Positions 9,556 through 20,527 of a stretch of 46,564 nt of DNA are shown here, piece after piece. The translations under genes and the position numbers were made by a program. Position 1 is the first letter of the stretch. Each line of letters begins with the position of its first letter. Source of the stretch: Chrysochromulina tobinii (lineage: Eukaryota); NCBI GenBank assembly GCA_001275005.1, contig JWZX01002723.1, positions 1 through 46,564 on the forward strand, written 5' to 3'. The notes beneath the pieces were generated by a model that ran no database searches, was not told the origin of the DNA, and was given only the letters and a program-made list of their open reading frames with translations.

Positions 9556-10578
9556 ATGCCGACTGGCTTTCTCATCTTACATGGACCGCTGGCCTACGCG
9601 GACCTGCACTTCCTGGCCGTAGCCGACTGGGGAGGTTTGCCCGTGTGGCCGTACTGGACACCCGGGCAGCGCAAAGTTGCCCGCGCCATGGGCCGTGTGG
9701 CCGAGCGTTTTGGCTCCTCATTCGCTCTGACTCTGGGCGATCATTTCTACTTCTCCGGCGTGAAGAGCGCCGATGACCCTCGTTGGCGACGCACGTTTGA
9801 GCGCGTGTTTACCCATCCGATGCTTCAGGGTGCGGGCTTCTGGCGTGCTGTCGCGGGCAATCACGACCACGACGGAAATATTTCGGCTCAGCTGGCCTAC
9901 TCCGCTCGGAATGGGTCGCGCTGGCACTACCCCGCGCTGCAGCACCGCTGGCGAGAGAAGCTGCCCACCGACGAAGGCACGATCGTGGACATTGTGCTCA
10001 TCGATACCGTGCTGCTGTGTGGTCCACCAGGACGCGAAGTCTCGCGGATCGACAAGCTCGCGGCACGTTCTTGGGCGTGGGTAGAGGCGGCTCTGGAGGA
10101 CTCGGCGGATGCGGATTACCTCATCGTGGCGGGGCACTACCCCGTCCACAGCCCCTCGAGCCACGGGCCGACACGCTGCCTGCGGCGACGGCTCGAGCCC
10201 CTCCTGCACAAGTTCCAGGTCTCGTCCTACTTTTCGGGGCATGATCACGCCATGTTTCACATCGGCGGCGCCGGAGCCCAGTACCACGGGGTGGGAGCGG
10301 GCTTCATGTTGAGTTCGTCGAGGAAGCACGTGCATACGATCCCGCCGGCCCAGCTCCATTTCTTCCGACGCGCGCGCAGCACTCTGCGTGGCGTCGCTCA
10401 GGGTGGCTTCGTTGGGGTCTCCGTGTCGGCCGCGGCGCTTAGTATCAGGCATTACGATGAGAGCGGCCGAATGCTGCACCAGGCCAACGTGCTTCCTCGA
10501 CCCAGGCGGCCGGCACCAGCTTCGGTGGCCACTTCAGGCGCCCCGCACTCGAGCGGGTCGAATGTGTGTGAACGCTAA
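9556..10578 (+). CDS. Purple acid phosphatase (tartrate-resistant/ACP5-like metallophosphoesterase)
   Basis: Five metal-ligand motifs: ADWG, GDHFY, GNHD, AGHYP, GHDH. Confidence 0.92.
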   Translation: MPTGFLILHGPLAYADLHFLAVADWGGLPVWPYWTPGQRKVARAMGRVAERFGSSFALTLGDHFYFSGVKSADDPRWRRTFERVFTHPMLQGAGFWRAVAGNHDHDGNISAQLAYSARNGSRWHYPALQHRWREKLPTDEGTIVDIVLIDTVLLCGPPGREVSRIDKLAARSWAWVEAALEDSADADYLIVAGHYPVHSPSSHGPTRCLRRRLEPLLHKFQVSSYFSGHDHAMFHIGGAGAQYHGVGAGFMLSSSRKHVHTIPPAQLHFFRRARSTLRGVAQGGFVGVSVSAAALSIRHYDESGRMLHQANVLPRPRRPAPASVATSGAPHSSGSNVCER

Positions 10579-10728
10579 AACAGATAAAAGTTCAGTTTTC
10601 ACACGAATCGAGGTCGAAAGTGAAGTTGCCGGTTGCACGCGATGCGATCGAAAATTTATTCAAAATTCACACGACAGACTGAGCTGACCTTTTCGAGTGA
10701 AGTTTGAATTCACTCCGCGTCGTCGATC

Positions 10729-13700
10729 ATGGACGCCCGATGGCGTGCCTCTTGGGGGGTGAGAGGCTCTCCAGCCCAGGATGATCATGATGAGCGACAA
10801 CTTCTCATTCGAGCCAGCGAAGAGCTGCACGCAGCCCTCCACATGATTGCAGCCGCGCAGGCCAACAGGGAAGCGACAAGGCAGGCCCTCACCCACGAAG
10901 ACGTAGGCCCGGAATCGCCGTGGCTCGCAGCGCGCTTGCAGGAGGTAGAGCGACATGAGCGCCGCTTGAGTGCGATGGAGGTGGCGGCTACAAACGACAT
11001 ACGCACAGCCAAGGCAGCACTCCGCGCAAGCGCTCTGCAGCAGACTGCTGGTGCTTCAGAAGCCTTGACCGATAAGGAAAGAGAGAAGATGGCAGACATG
11101 CACATCCTACAGACGACGGTACGGCACTGGCGAGTTGCAGCCATCTCAAGGATCGGCGTAGCACAGCGCCTCCTCGGCTCCTGCCGCATCGCCTCGCGGC
11201 ATTGGCGCCATTGCGCACTGGCCGCTGCCCTTGCGCGTCTCTCCGCTGTCCTCAGCGTCGCTCTCCGCAGCCGAACGTTGCGCGTCGAATCGATCCGGAT
11301 GGCTCACGCTGCGATGCGTCGAGGCCTGACCAGCTTTGCTCGCTGTCGACTTCGTGCCGCGACCCTCTCCGTCAATCGGCTGACCCTTCAAACCCATCGA
11401 CGTAGCGTCGCGCTCTTGGCCATTCGGCGTTCCCAGTACCGGCTGTGGTGGGGGATCGTGGCGTGGCGCGAGTGGCGTGAGCGGCGCTTGGCATGGCGCG
11501 AGTGGCGCGGCGTCGCATTTGGCCGATGGGATCACGGAACGCTGCGCCGCGCATTGTGGAGATGGCACTATCTCAGCAGAGCCCATTGGTTAACGGCCGC
11601 GCTGCTGGTGCGGGCTCTTCGGAGCAGGATGGCCGCCGCGTTCACTGTGTGGTTGGCCTTCACGGACAGCTACCAGCTGCAGGTGCTGGTAGCTGGAGTG
11701 GTGCCCGGGCCACTCCTCGCGGCGTTTCACACCTGGGCCCAGATCGCATCTGGCCGAGGGGGAGATCGCACCTGGGCCCAGATCGCATCTGGCCGAGGGG
11801 GAGATCGCACCTGGGGAGAGCGGTTTGGTTGGCGGGGGGACATCCACTGGTTTCATCACTGGGGGCTGCTGGGCCGCCTCGGCAGCCTCGGCCGCCTCGT
11901 CCTCTTCGAATTCCTCGAAGACGATCTCATGCTCCGCCTGCGTCGCCCTCATCAGCGAGCCAATCTGCTTCGTCAGCGAGTTGAACGCCTCCGCCTCGGC
12001 CACCCTGCCATTGTGCCATTTGTGAAAGCTCGACTCTATCTCTTGTTGCGCCCACGGGAGGCGGTGGACCGGCGCGTGCGCGCATACTGCATCTGGAGGC
12101 ACACCGTGGCACGCGCTCTGTGGAGGCAAGCCTCTGTCCTGCAGTCCCTTCCCCATACGCGGCGTGCCTGGCGCAGGACCTATTGGGTGCGCTGGTGCGA
12201 AGGCGTTCAGTATCTGCTGCGCGTGGCGAGCGCGCTGGCGCGCTGGCGGCGAAGCGGGCTGGTGTGTGCAGTGCGTCGCTGGGCGACCGTGCGACTGGCC
12301 ACGTGCGCTCGCCTTTCCATGAGCAAGCGAGCCGCACGTGCATGGCGACGTGCACGCTATGTCGCTGGATGGCGCCGTTGGGCCGCGGTAGCTCGACGAC
12401 GACGGGCGATCGGTACAACAGCGAGCGCGGTGCGACTGCGTGTGATCCAGCTGCGCCGCCTGTGCGGGTTGGACGGTCTCCGGAAGGCCCAGCGAGAGGG
12501 GGCTGAGCAGGTGAGGGCCGCCCGAGCCCACTACCGGCGGCGTGAGCGTCTCGGGCGACTCGCCCAGTGGCGACGACGAGTCTACGATCCGTTGAGACAG
12601 ATCGATCTCGAACCGAGCGCGCGAAGTGGCTCGTCAAGAGGCTCGTCAAGAGTCTCGTCAAGACGAGTCTACGATCCGTCGAGACAGATCCAACTCGAAC
12701 CGAGCGCGGTGCTTGTGTACACGGCCGAGGACGACCCGGGCGAGCGCTTGGCTGTGCGCGTGCGCTCGATGCCCGCCTGCCTCGAGGCCGACCGCATCTT
12801 GATGGCGTGCAACAAGGAGAGGCGCGAAGCCACCGTCTTCGAGTCGACGGTGCTTCAGCAGGCGGCGATGGTGCAGCAGCTGTGCGCACATCGGCAGAGC
12901 GCGCGCCTGCGTCTGTTGCGTCGGGCTCTGGCCAGCTGGATCGAGTGCTGTCGCTGGCTGCAAAGTCGAGCGGATCCGATGCGATGCGCTCTGGCGCGCT
13001 GGACGCAGCGTGCTATGAGCATCGTAATGAGCGCGTGGGTGGAGCTCGCCCGATTACGGCGCGTGCCACAACGACAGTTTAGCCTCCTGTGCCGGCGACA
13101 CACATGCTTCGCCTTCTTTGGCTGGCGCCAAGCCGCGATACGAGAGCGCATGCATCTCACGTACCGCGCTCGTGCTGCGCAGCGATGGCTGATGAGCAGC
13201 CTCGGGCGCCACTTTATCTTTTGGAGTCACCACGCCGTGGCCTTGCGACGGCGCGTTGCGCGTCATCTCGATGCACTCGGCTGGCACCGGCTCTGCCACT
13301 GCCTTCGAACGCTCCGCCGCTGGCGCAACTTTGCGCACACGGAGCTTTTGTTTCAAGGTCTCGTACGGCGCGCGCAAGAGCGCCGGTACGGCGCCGACCT
13401 CTCTCGGGGGCTCACATTCTGGCTCCACCGCGCGTGTGCGCTCCGTCGTCGTGATGAGGAGGAAGCTCTCCTCAGGGACTACAATGCCAAGTTTGCCGAG
13501 GAGCTCGCACTCGCGCAAGAGCTCGTCCTAAAGATGGGGGGCAAGCCATTCGCCACGGTGGGGGGCGCGCGGCAGCGTGATGGGGTTGAGCGCCATGGTG
13601 AGCGCAACGGCGCCGTGATGGGCGCTTCGCTGCCGCGGGTTGCCTCAGGCATCCAGCCGCACCCTGTTTTGGTTCCCACAGGCATCCAGACGAACCATAA

Positions 13701-14277
13701 GTGGGCGAGCGCCTCGACAACACCATACGCTACGTCGCCGATGAAAGTGAGGCCATCAGGACGGTCCCAGCGGAAATCGTCTTCGGGACCATCCTCTCCT
13801 CGCTCGATTTTTGACGCGCCGCCCGAGCCCGAGGACCAACCCGAGGACGAACCCGAGCTGGACGACGACGGACAGGGCGGGATTGAGGACGGCGAGGGTC
13901 TCCCTGAGACGGACGAGGACAGAGAGGACGATGATGAGCTCATGAGCATCTTGAACGCTCGCTTTAATGCGAAGCGGCCGCCACTATGCAAGTTGCCGCT
14001 ACAAAAGTCGCCACTACACAAGTCGCCACTACGCAAGTCGCCACTGGGGCCCGCTCCCAGCAACATGAAGGCGCTCATGGAGCGCGTGGACACGTTCATG
14101 AGCACCATGCAAGTGCTCGGGTGGCCAGCTGAGCTGCCAGGCGAGGCGCCTTCGACACGAACGGCTTTCGGGACCGAATGGTCGCAAGGGCAGTTGACGG
14201 CAGGTGAATTGGAGTGGTGGGAGGAGCCCCCAGGTGCCTCTGACGAAGCTGTGGACCTCGGCGAGCTTCGATTTTGA
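10729..14277 (+). CDS. Sfi1-like repeat protein (putative centrin-binding basal-body protein)
   Basis: 1182-aa ORF with many Arg/Ala-rich (F/L)xxW repeats (AAAFTVW, AAFHTW, RRALASW, FAFFGWR, RHFIFW, LRTLRRWR, GLTFW) and an acidic tail. Segment 11734-12054 looks inverted (see findings). Confidence 0.65.
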   Translation: MDARWRASWGVRGSPAQDDHDERQLLIRASEELHAALHMIAAAQANREATRQALTHEDVGPESPWLAARLQEVERHERRLSAMEVAATNDIRTAKAALRASALQQTAGASEALTDKEREKMADMHILQTTVRHWRVAAISRIGVAQRLLGSCRIASRHWRHCALAAALARLSAVLSVALRSRTLRVESIRMAHAAMRRGLTSFARCRLRAATLSVNRLTLQTHRRSVALLAIRRSQYRLWWGIVAWREWRERRLAWREWRGVAFGRWDHGTLRRALWRWHYLSRAHWLTAALLVRALRSRMAAAFTVWLAFTDSYQLQVLVAGVVPGPLLAAFHTWAQIASGRGGDRTWAQIASGRGGDRTWGERFGWRGDIHWFHHWGLLGRLGSLGRLVLFEFLEDDLMLRLRRPHQRANLLRQRVERLRLGHPAIVPFVKARLYLLLRPREAVDRRVRAYCIWRHTVARALWRQASVLQSLPHTRRAWRRTYWVRWCEGVQYLLRVASALARWRRSGLVCAVRRWATVRLATCARLSMSKRAARAWRRARYVAGWRRWAAVARRRRAIGTTASAVRLRVIQLRRLCGLDGLRKAQREGAEQVRAARAHYRRRERLGRLAQWRRRVYDPLRQIDLEPSARSGSSRGSSRVSSRRVYDPSRQIQLEPSAVLVYTAEDDPGERLAVRVRSMPACLEADRILMACNKERREATVFESTVLQQAAMVQQLCAHRQSARLRLLRRALASWIECCRWLQSRADPMRCALARWTQRAMSIVMSAWVELARLRRVPQRQFSLLCRRHTCFAFFGWRQAAIRERMHLTYRARAAQRWLMSSLGRHFIFWSHHAVALRRRVARHLDALGWHRLCHCLRTLRRWRNFAHTELLFQGLVRRAQERRYGADLSRGLTFWLHRACALRRRDEEEALLRDYNAKFAEELALAQELVLKMGGKPFATVGGARQRDGVERHGERNGAVMGASLPRVASGIQPHPVLVPTGIQTNHKWASASTTPYATSPMKVRPSGRSQRKSSSGPSSPRSIFDAPPEPEDQPEDEPELDDDGQGGIEDGEGLPETDEDREDDDELMSILNARFNAKRPPLCKLPLQKSPLHKSPLRKSPLGPAPSNMKALMERVDTFMSTMQVLGWPAELPGEAPSTRTAFGTEWSQGQLTAGELEWWEEPPGASDEAVDLGELRF
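11730..11815. repeat. 39-bp tandem repeat, about 2.2 copies
   Basis: cacctgggcccagatcgcatctggccgagggggagatcg at 11730 and 11769, partial at 11808. Confidence 0.9.
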
Positions 14278-14813
14278 CCCCAGCAGCCACAGGGCCCATG
14301 AGGTGCATCATGGTGGTGCATAGTGCGGTGGTACACGGAGACTGAGGGTACGTCGCGGGCTTGTTTGTAGCGCGCGCATGATCTCAGCACTTAGGGTTGT
14401 GGCTTGTTAGCAGCACGTCCAGTAGTCGTGAGGGCGATTGCAGTGCCCAGTCACTCAGTGCGGAGGCACCATTTTTCATTTTATAGGTCGTCGTGTCGGC
14501 GCTGCCTCAGCGCCGACGTGTTACGTCTCCGCCGTCCCTCTTCACTCCAGATACGCGATAGACGTCAACCCCGAACCCGTTCGACGACTCGACACTCATA
14601 CGGTGGCACTCCAGATTACCTGTGGATGATGCACGCACACCGGTTCCTTAATGAGCCGAAACTGAAACCACCGCCTAAGTGAAGGCGGGCGCCTGAGAAA
14701 GAGTCACGTAGCTTCTTCTCTTGTCTGCAATGCTCCCCGGTGCTTCCCCTGCGCGCCAGCATGCCTGACAGTGTGTGCTCGCGGCCCTCTTGCGCAGTTC
14801 CGACTTCAAAACG

Positions 14814-15286
14814 ATGCTCCGCCTCCTTCTGACCATCGCGCTAGCGCTCAACGTCGCCGCGATTCCGACCTCGGGCGACATCGCGAATCCGATCATGTCG
14901 GCGCAGTCCCAGGCCGTCTCTTTTGCCCGCGACGGGAAGTGCGAGCACTGCCACTGCAACGCGAAGAAAGAGTCGAATGAAATCTCTGATTATAATTTCA
15001 AAAGAAGGAGGGTGAGTGGCAATGCTCCCACAAGTCCTGCTTCCAATGCGCAAAATGCGTGGGCTGCAAAGGCTGCAAAACCTGCCCTAGCTCGCCTGGC
15101 GGCGGCAATGGCGGCGGCGGAGGAGGAGGAGGAGGAGGCAACGACAAGGGCAGCGGCGGCGGCGGCGGCGGCGGCGACGAGGACGGCGACGAGGACGGCG
15201 ACGACGACGGCGACGACGACGGCGGCAACGACGGCGACGACAACGGAGAGGACGGCGGAGACGGTCGAGGAGGTCGCCGAGAGTAG
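14814..15286 (+). pseudogene. Secreted Cys-rich/Gly-Asp-rich protein, copy 1; frameshifted at about 14991-15010 (pseudogene or sequence error)
   Basis: Same signal peptide as copies 2 and 3. There are 20 nt between TCTGAT and GGTGAGTGG versus 18 nt in the intact copies, so the GEWQCSHKSC..GD tail lies in another frame (ORF 15059..15286). Confidence 0.75.
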
Positions 15287-15886
15287 GTAGTCGCGGTGAC
15301 GGCGACGGAGACGGCGACGGAGACGACGACGGAGATGAAGATGCAGGTGACCGCCAATAGACCGCCAAGACCGACGGCCGCCGCATCTCGGAACTGTGTT
15401 CGACGCGTTGTGCGAAAAACTCTCTCCTACCGTAATCCAAGGCCAAGTGGAGCGGAGAAAAGGGTCTCGAGTCAACTGCATTTTGGTCGTCTGTGTGAGG
15501 TACCCTGTGTGACTGTGCTGTATCTTGGCCGTGAAGGTCCATTGGAAGGAGGTGTGGGCGCGACTAAGGGTGGAACATCCTCCTCATGGTAATATGTTCG
15601 TAAGCTGGCCCGCGATATCGTGGCCGCGGCGTGAGCGCGACCTTAGCGCGACCTCGCGCGACGTATCGTGTTGCCAGCGAGCACGTCGTATCGTCGTTAT
15701 CGCGGCCGCGGCCGTGGTGCGCGCGCATGGTGTTGAGATGACTCGAAATTCCCAATGATCTAGCATTCGAGCTTATGGCTAAAACACATGTAAAACAATT
15801 ACGTATCTCTGCCTCGTTCACTTACATGTAATGGGCTCGTTTATGGGGGCCTTGGGACAAGATGCCGCGCGCGCTTTCGCGCTTGC

Positions 15887-15922
<36 letters not shown>
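15887..15922. repeat. (GCTT)9 microsatellite
   Basis: Read directly. Confidence 0.95.
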
Positions 15923-16106
15923 CGCTCTCCTCGCAGATTTGGCCCCAAAAGTTTTTGGGGCGCCGACCTCTTTCCTTTTTGGGGCAGAAAAAATTCGTTC
16001 CTTTTTTGGACAGAAAAATCTCTGGTGCAATGCACTCCACTGCATTCCCTGCTGCGCACCTCTGCGTGCCTGACAGTGTGTTCGCGGCCCTCTTGCGCAG
16101 GTAACG

Positions 16107-16541
16107 ATGCTCCGCCTCCTTCTGACCATCGCGCTAGCGCTCAACGTCGCCGCGATTCCGACCTCGGGCGACGTCGCGAATCCGATCATGTCGGCGCAGT
16201 CCCAGGCCGTCTCTTTTGCCCGCGACGGGACGTGCCAGCACTGCCACTGCAACGCGAATAAATGGTCGAAGGCAATCTCTGATAAGATTCAGGCGAAGGA
16301 TGGTGAGTGGCAATGCTCCCACAAGTCCTGCTCCAAATGCCAAAAATGCGTGGACTGCAAAGGTTGCGCAACCTGCGCTAACGGCAACGGCAACGTCGGC
16401 GGCGGCGACAACGGCGGCGGCGGCGGCGGCGGCGACGAGGACGGCGACGAGGACGGCGGCAACGACGGTGGCAACGACGGCGGCAACGACGGCGACGACA
16501 ACGGAGAGGACGGCGGAGACGGAGGAGGTCGCCGAGAGTAG
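16107..16541 (+). CDS. Secreted Cys-rich protein with Gly/Asp/Asn-rich acidic tail, copy 2 (144 aa)
   Basis: Hydrophobic MLRLLLTIALALNVAA leader; CQHCHC..CSHKSCSKCQKCVDCKGCATC; GD-rich tail; conserved in three copies. Confidence 0.8.
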   Translation: MLRLLLTIALALNVAAIPTSGDVANPIMSAQSQAVSFARDGTCQHCHCNANKWSKAISDKIQAKDGEWQCSHKSCSKCQKCVDCKGCATCANGNGNVGGGDNGGGGGGGDEDGDEDGGNDGGNDGGNDGDDNGEDGGDGGGRRE

Positions 16542-17308
16542 GCAGTCGCGGTGACGGCGACGGAGACAACGACAGAGACGACGGAGATGAAGATGCAGGT
16601 GACCGCCAAGACCGATGGCCGCCGCATCTCGGAACTGTGCTCGACACGGTGTGCGAAAAACTCTCTCCTACCGTGATCCAAGGCCAAGTGGATGCTTGTG
16701 TGAAGGATGTCTCAGCACTGACGCCCAGTCTGTTTCGTTAATGACGTGTGTTCCCTGGTACTAAATCTAGTAGAGGTACTGTGGCGGCCGCCGTCGTGCG
16801 ATTCGCGCGATATCGTGAGGGTCCGTGTCCACGATATCCCGTGCGACCCCCCCGATCGCGATATCATATACCCGGCCCCGCCCGCGACAACGCACTTGCC
16901 ACTTCGTACGTTTTTAACGTTTCGTTACAAGGCCCCGTAAAGTGCCGATGTATACTACATGCAGTTTGATGTACGGTACTACAAATGTAGGAGATGCTTA
17001 AAAACGAAAGGAGCGACGTGCACTATGCTCTCGTCACCTACTTGTGGTAACCGGGTAACCGGGCTAGTACACTCTCGACGTCTGATTGGAATTCGTAAAT
17101 CGTAAGGCTTTATCAGATCACACTTCACTATGTGTTCAGCGAGTTTTCACGTTTTCCGGACCTCCGACGGCCGCGGATGGTACGTACGCACCGCTCACAC
17201 ACAGTCAATGCGGCCGCCTCACCCGGCAGCGGAATACGCAGTGCAGAAATGGGTTGCGGGATCAAATGATTCACCCTGCGCGCGCTGCGCTGCGCGCCGC
17301 GTGCTCCG

Positions 17309-17402
17309 ACGTAATCTGGGGCGGGAGGGAGTCTCCGTGTGTCTCGTCACATCTCACGTAATCTGGCGCGGGAGGGTGTCTCCGTGTGTCTCGTCACATC
17401 TC
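17309..17402. repeat. 47-bp tandem duplication covering the stop codon and 3' UTR of the ER protein gene
   Basis: acgtaatctgg(g/c)gcgggaggg(a/t)gtctccgtgtgtctcgtcacatctc at 17309 and 17356. Confidence 0.9.
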
Positions 17403-18476
17403 TTCCTTGGGCTCAGCCTCTTCCTCGCCCTCGGAGTAATCGGCATCATCCTCGCCCGGACCATCGTCACCGTCCGCGGGCGGCTCGTACGGCGGCGGTG
17501 GCGGGCGCACGTGGGCAGTGAGCTGCCCGTCCACAAACTTCTGGGCAAACGAGGTGAGCGCATTCGCAGAGAAGGCCTCCGAACCGCCGTAGTATTTGAC
17601 TTCACCACCCGGCTTGTTGGCCTTGATGCCGAAGAGGATGTCGGATTTTGGCTTGGTCGACTCGAGGCCATAGTCGCCAAGCTCGTACGTCATGTCCGCC
17701 AGCTTCGCCACCGCAACCGACAGCTTCTTTCCTTTGAGGGAGGCCGCCACCTTGCGAGCGCGCTTGAGCACGTACGTGACACTCTTAGCATTCGTCTCCC
17801 AATCGAGGTTCATGAAGATGACGAGCACGGCGTCAGTGTAGCGCGAGCTCGTCGATGAGCTGTACAGGCCGACGAGCGGCTGAGATTTGGACTTCAGCCA
17901 GTTGGACACGGCCGACTCGCTCATCTTGTCGGACGGGAACCGCTCACGAGGTCGATCGCCATCCTCGGCGGAGAGGAACTTGGGCGAGCGGAAGAGATAG
18001 AGGCCACTGGCTTTGGCCTTGAGCTTGGCGAGCACCTCGGGCTCCGACGTCTGCGCGTAGCGGTAGCCGTACACACTGCTGGTGAGTGCCTTGTAGGTCG
18101 TGAGCATAGGGTTCTCGATCTTCGGTGCCGACCACTCGCCGTCCTCCTCGGCGTCCCATCCCTCTGGCAGGGTCGCGCCCGGGTCGGCCATCTCCTTGAC
18201 AGTCAAGGCGAGGACCACGGATGCGTCCTCATTGTCGATGAACGCGTCGAGCTCCGCGACGGAGGTGAGCTCCGTCACATCACCCGAGGGCGGCGGTGCC
18301 TCTTCGCCCTCTTCACCTCCACCACCGTAGCCCTCTTCACCTCCACCACCGTAGCCCTCGTCGCCGTCGCCGTCGCCATCATAGCCCGCTGGCTCGTCGT
18401 CGTCCTGGCACACCACCGTGCGCCCGAAGAGCGCGAGCGCGATGAGCAGGACAAACTGGATGGAGCGACCGTGCAT
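17394..18476 (-). CDS. ER-luminal non-catalytic thioredoxin-fold (PDI b-b'-like) protein with an inserted calnexin/calreticulin P-domain motif
   Basis: Signal peptide, acidic N- and C-terminal tracts, ELTSVAELDAFI..SVV, NWLKSKSQPLVG, YVLKRARKVAASL, C-terminal KEEM (KDEL-like), no CxxC; insert DPGATLPEGWDAEEDGEWSAPKIENP. Confidence 0.75.
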   Translation of the reverse strand: MHGRSIQFVLLIALALFGRTVVCQDDDEPAGYDGDGDGDEGYGGGGEEGYGGGGEEGEEAPPPSGDVTELTSVAELDAFIDNEDASVVLALTVKEMADPGATLPEGWDAEEDGEWSAPKIENPMLTTYKALTSSVYGYRYAQTSEPEVLAKLKAKASGLYLFRSPKFLSAEDGDRPRERFPSDKMSESAVSNWLKSKSQPLVGLYSSSTSSRYTDAVLVIFMNLDWETNAKSVTYVLKRARKVAASLKGKKLSVAVAKLADMTYELGDYGLESTKPKSDILFGIKANKPGGEVKYYGGSEAFSANALTSFAQKFVDGQLTAHVRPPPPPYEPPADGDDGPGEDDADYSEGEEEAEPKEEM

Positions 18477-18899
18477 CGTCGGCCTCGACGACAGACGTGA
18501 CACGTGTCAGCGTCCATTCGTGAATGGAAATCGCACGCTTCGAACACACGATCCACACGGCGCGGAAACGGGGTGCGGTATGCGCACACGGGTCTTACTT
18601 TAATCGGCGCGCACATATCACTCGAGCACGGGCCGCCTGCCTGCGACAATTCATGCGACTCTCAGCGCGTTGCATGTACTTCTTGACAATGTGTCGCCTC
18701 ATCATGTGCCCGATCATCGGAGGAGTAGTTTGGACGCGAGACCGATGAAGTCTGATTGCCGCGGACGTTTCTTTGTAACTGCAGTAATCGATCACCCATT
18801 CTCGGACGGAGGGGGGGCACGTCTAAGCTTGGCGTGTCGTGGGCGCTCTCCGTTGATACGTCGTGCAGCAGCTCCACAGAAAGAGAGACGATCATACCC

Positions 18900-20492
18900 A
18901 TGGACGCCATGGACTACCCGCATTGTGGCGGCCCTCATGGTTGCATCCTGCATGAATTTCACACTGGCATGTGCATTTTCGCTGCGCCTGAAAACAAGCG
19001 CGCACGCAAAGCGCCGGTCGTGTACGCTTCCGGCAGCGGCGAGCGCAAGCCAGCGGCAAGCAGCGCGCGCAAGCGCCGAGCGCGTGAAGGCGACTCGGAT
19101 GAAGAGGACGATGAGGTTGATGAGGACGACGAGGACGATGAGGACCGTGAGGACAATGACTTCGGCATGGACGAGGCGCCGCTGCGGCGCAAGGCCAAAG
19201 GCCGTGGCAACGCGGCGCCGGCGCAGGCGCAGGCCAACGCTGGAGAGGGGCGTTGGCGATTCGCGTGCAAAGAGTGCGGCAGTTCCAAGTCCGGCTGGAA
19301 GAATACGCCGTGCGGCTGTGCGTGCATGGGCGGGAAGGAAATTCACGAGGCCAACAAAGCAGGGTCGAGCTCCGCATCTGCCAGCTCGAAGGCTCCCCGC
19401 TCTCTAGTCCAAGGAGCATGCATGCCGCAGCCGCCTACGACGCCCGCTGACGACGACGAGCTCTTCGTCGGTGCGCGCGTCGAGGCCCAGAACGGGATTT
19501 CGGACGACGAAACCTCTCATTCTGACGAAGCTTGGAGGCTGGGTACCCTCCAACGGCATCCTTCACACCTTCCCACACCTTCACACCTTGCCACGCAGCC
19601 TCGCGAGCATCCTCGCCCTTTGCCCGTGGCCCCTGTTGACACTGGACCAGGACCAGTTGCCAAATATAGGAATTGGCGGCGCCTGACTGGGCCTGCGATG
19701 AGCCAAGAGGAAGCTTTCCGATTGGCGAAAGAGGAGAATCTGCTCCTGATTGCGGCAGAGAACTCAAGTGGCTACCGAGGCGTGCAATACAGGCCGGAGG
19801 CCGCCAGCAAAGATAGGCCATTCATGGTCCACGGGAAAGTCAACGGCAAGCAGAAGATGATCGGCGCGTTTTCCACTCGCGAGGAAGCAGCCCTCTGCTA
19901 TGCGCGGCACCTCGGGCCCGACAAGTGTCGCATGGCGTTGCTTGAGGTGGAAGCACAGAGCGCGCCTTCGCTCTCTGAGGCCCAAGTGCTCGAGCTGGTG
20001 CGCAAGGAGGGGCTACACCTACATCGCAACCCCGCCAACAGCAAGACGGGCTATCTCGGCGTCTCGATCGATATCCGATGCAAGGTAGGGCGTCCGTACG
20101 AGACCAATTTCACCATCCCTGGCGGAGGCGGAGCCCAAGTGTACTGCGGCCGTTTCTGCAGCGCAATCGAGGCGGCGCTAGCGCATGCGCGTGTGACCCG
20201 CAGGTTTGCGGAGGACTGGCTGAGGCGAGACCTCGAGCTGCCCAATCATAGGGGTAGGATGACTGAGGTCCTCGAGGGCGAGCTCAAGGGAGAACACTCA
20301 GTCGAGGCAGATATAGGCCGAGCTCAAGGGCGAGCTCGAGGGCGAGCTCAAGGGCGAGCACCCAAACCGGGCCCTCATGCCCTCCTCTCCGTTGGCGGGC
20401 CCGTCGCCGAGAGTGCATGGCGTCCTCACCGCTCTGGCGTCCACACGCTCGCAGATGGACGGACAGCTGGCCTCGTCCTCAGCTGGGCTCCG

Positions 20493-20527
<35 letters not shown>

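Noticed and set aside
11730..11815. Tandem repeats as a CRISPR array (also 17309-17402 and 34524-34608)
   Set aside because: No unique spacers, only 2-3 units, eukaryotic context, and no cas genes.
15605..16890. CGATATCG-rich GC patches (about 15605-15720 and 16780-16890) as MITEs
   Set aside because: Only short shared words and imperfect inverted repeats; no definable termini or target duplication.
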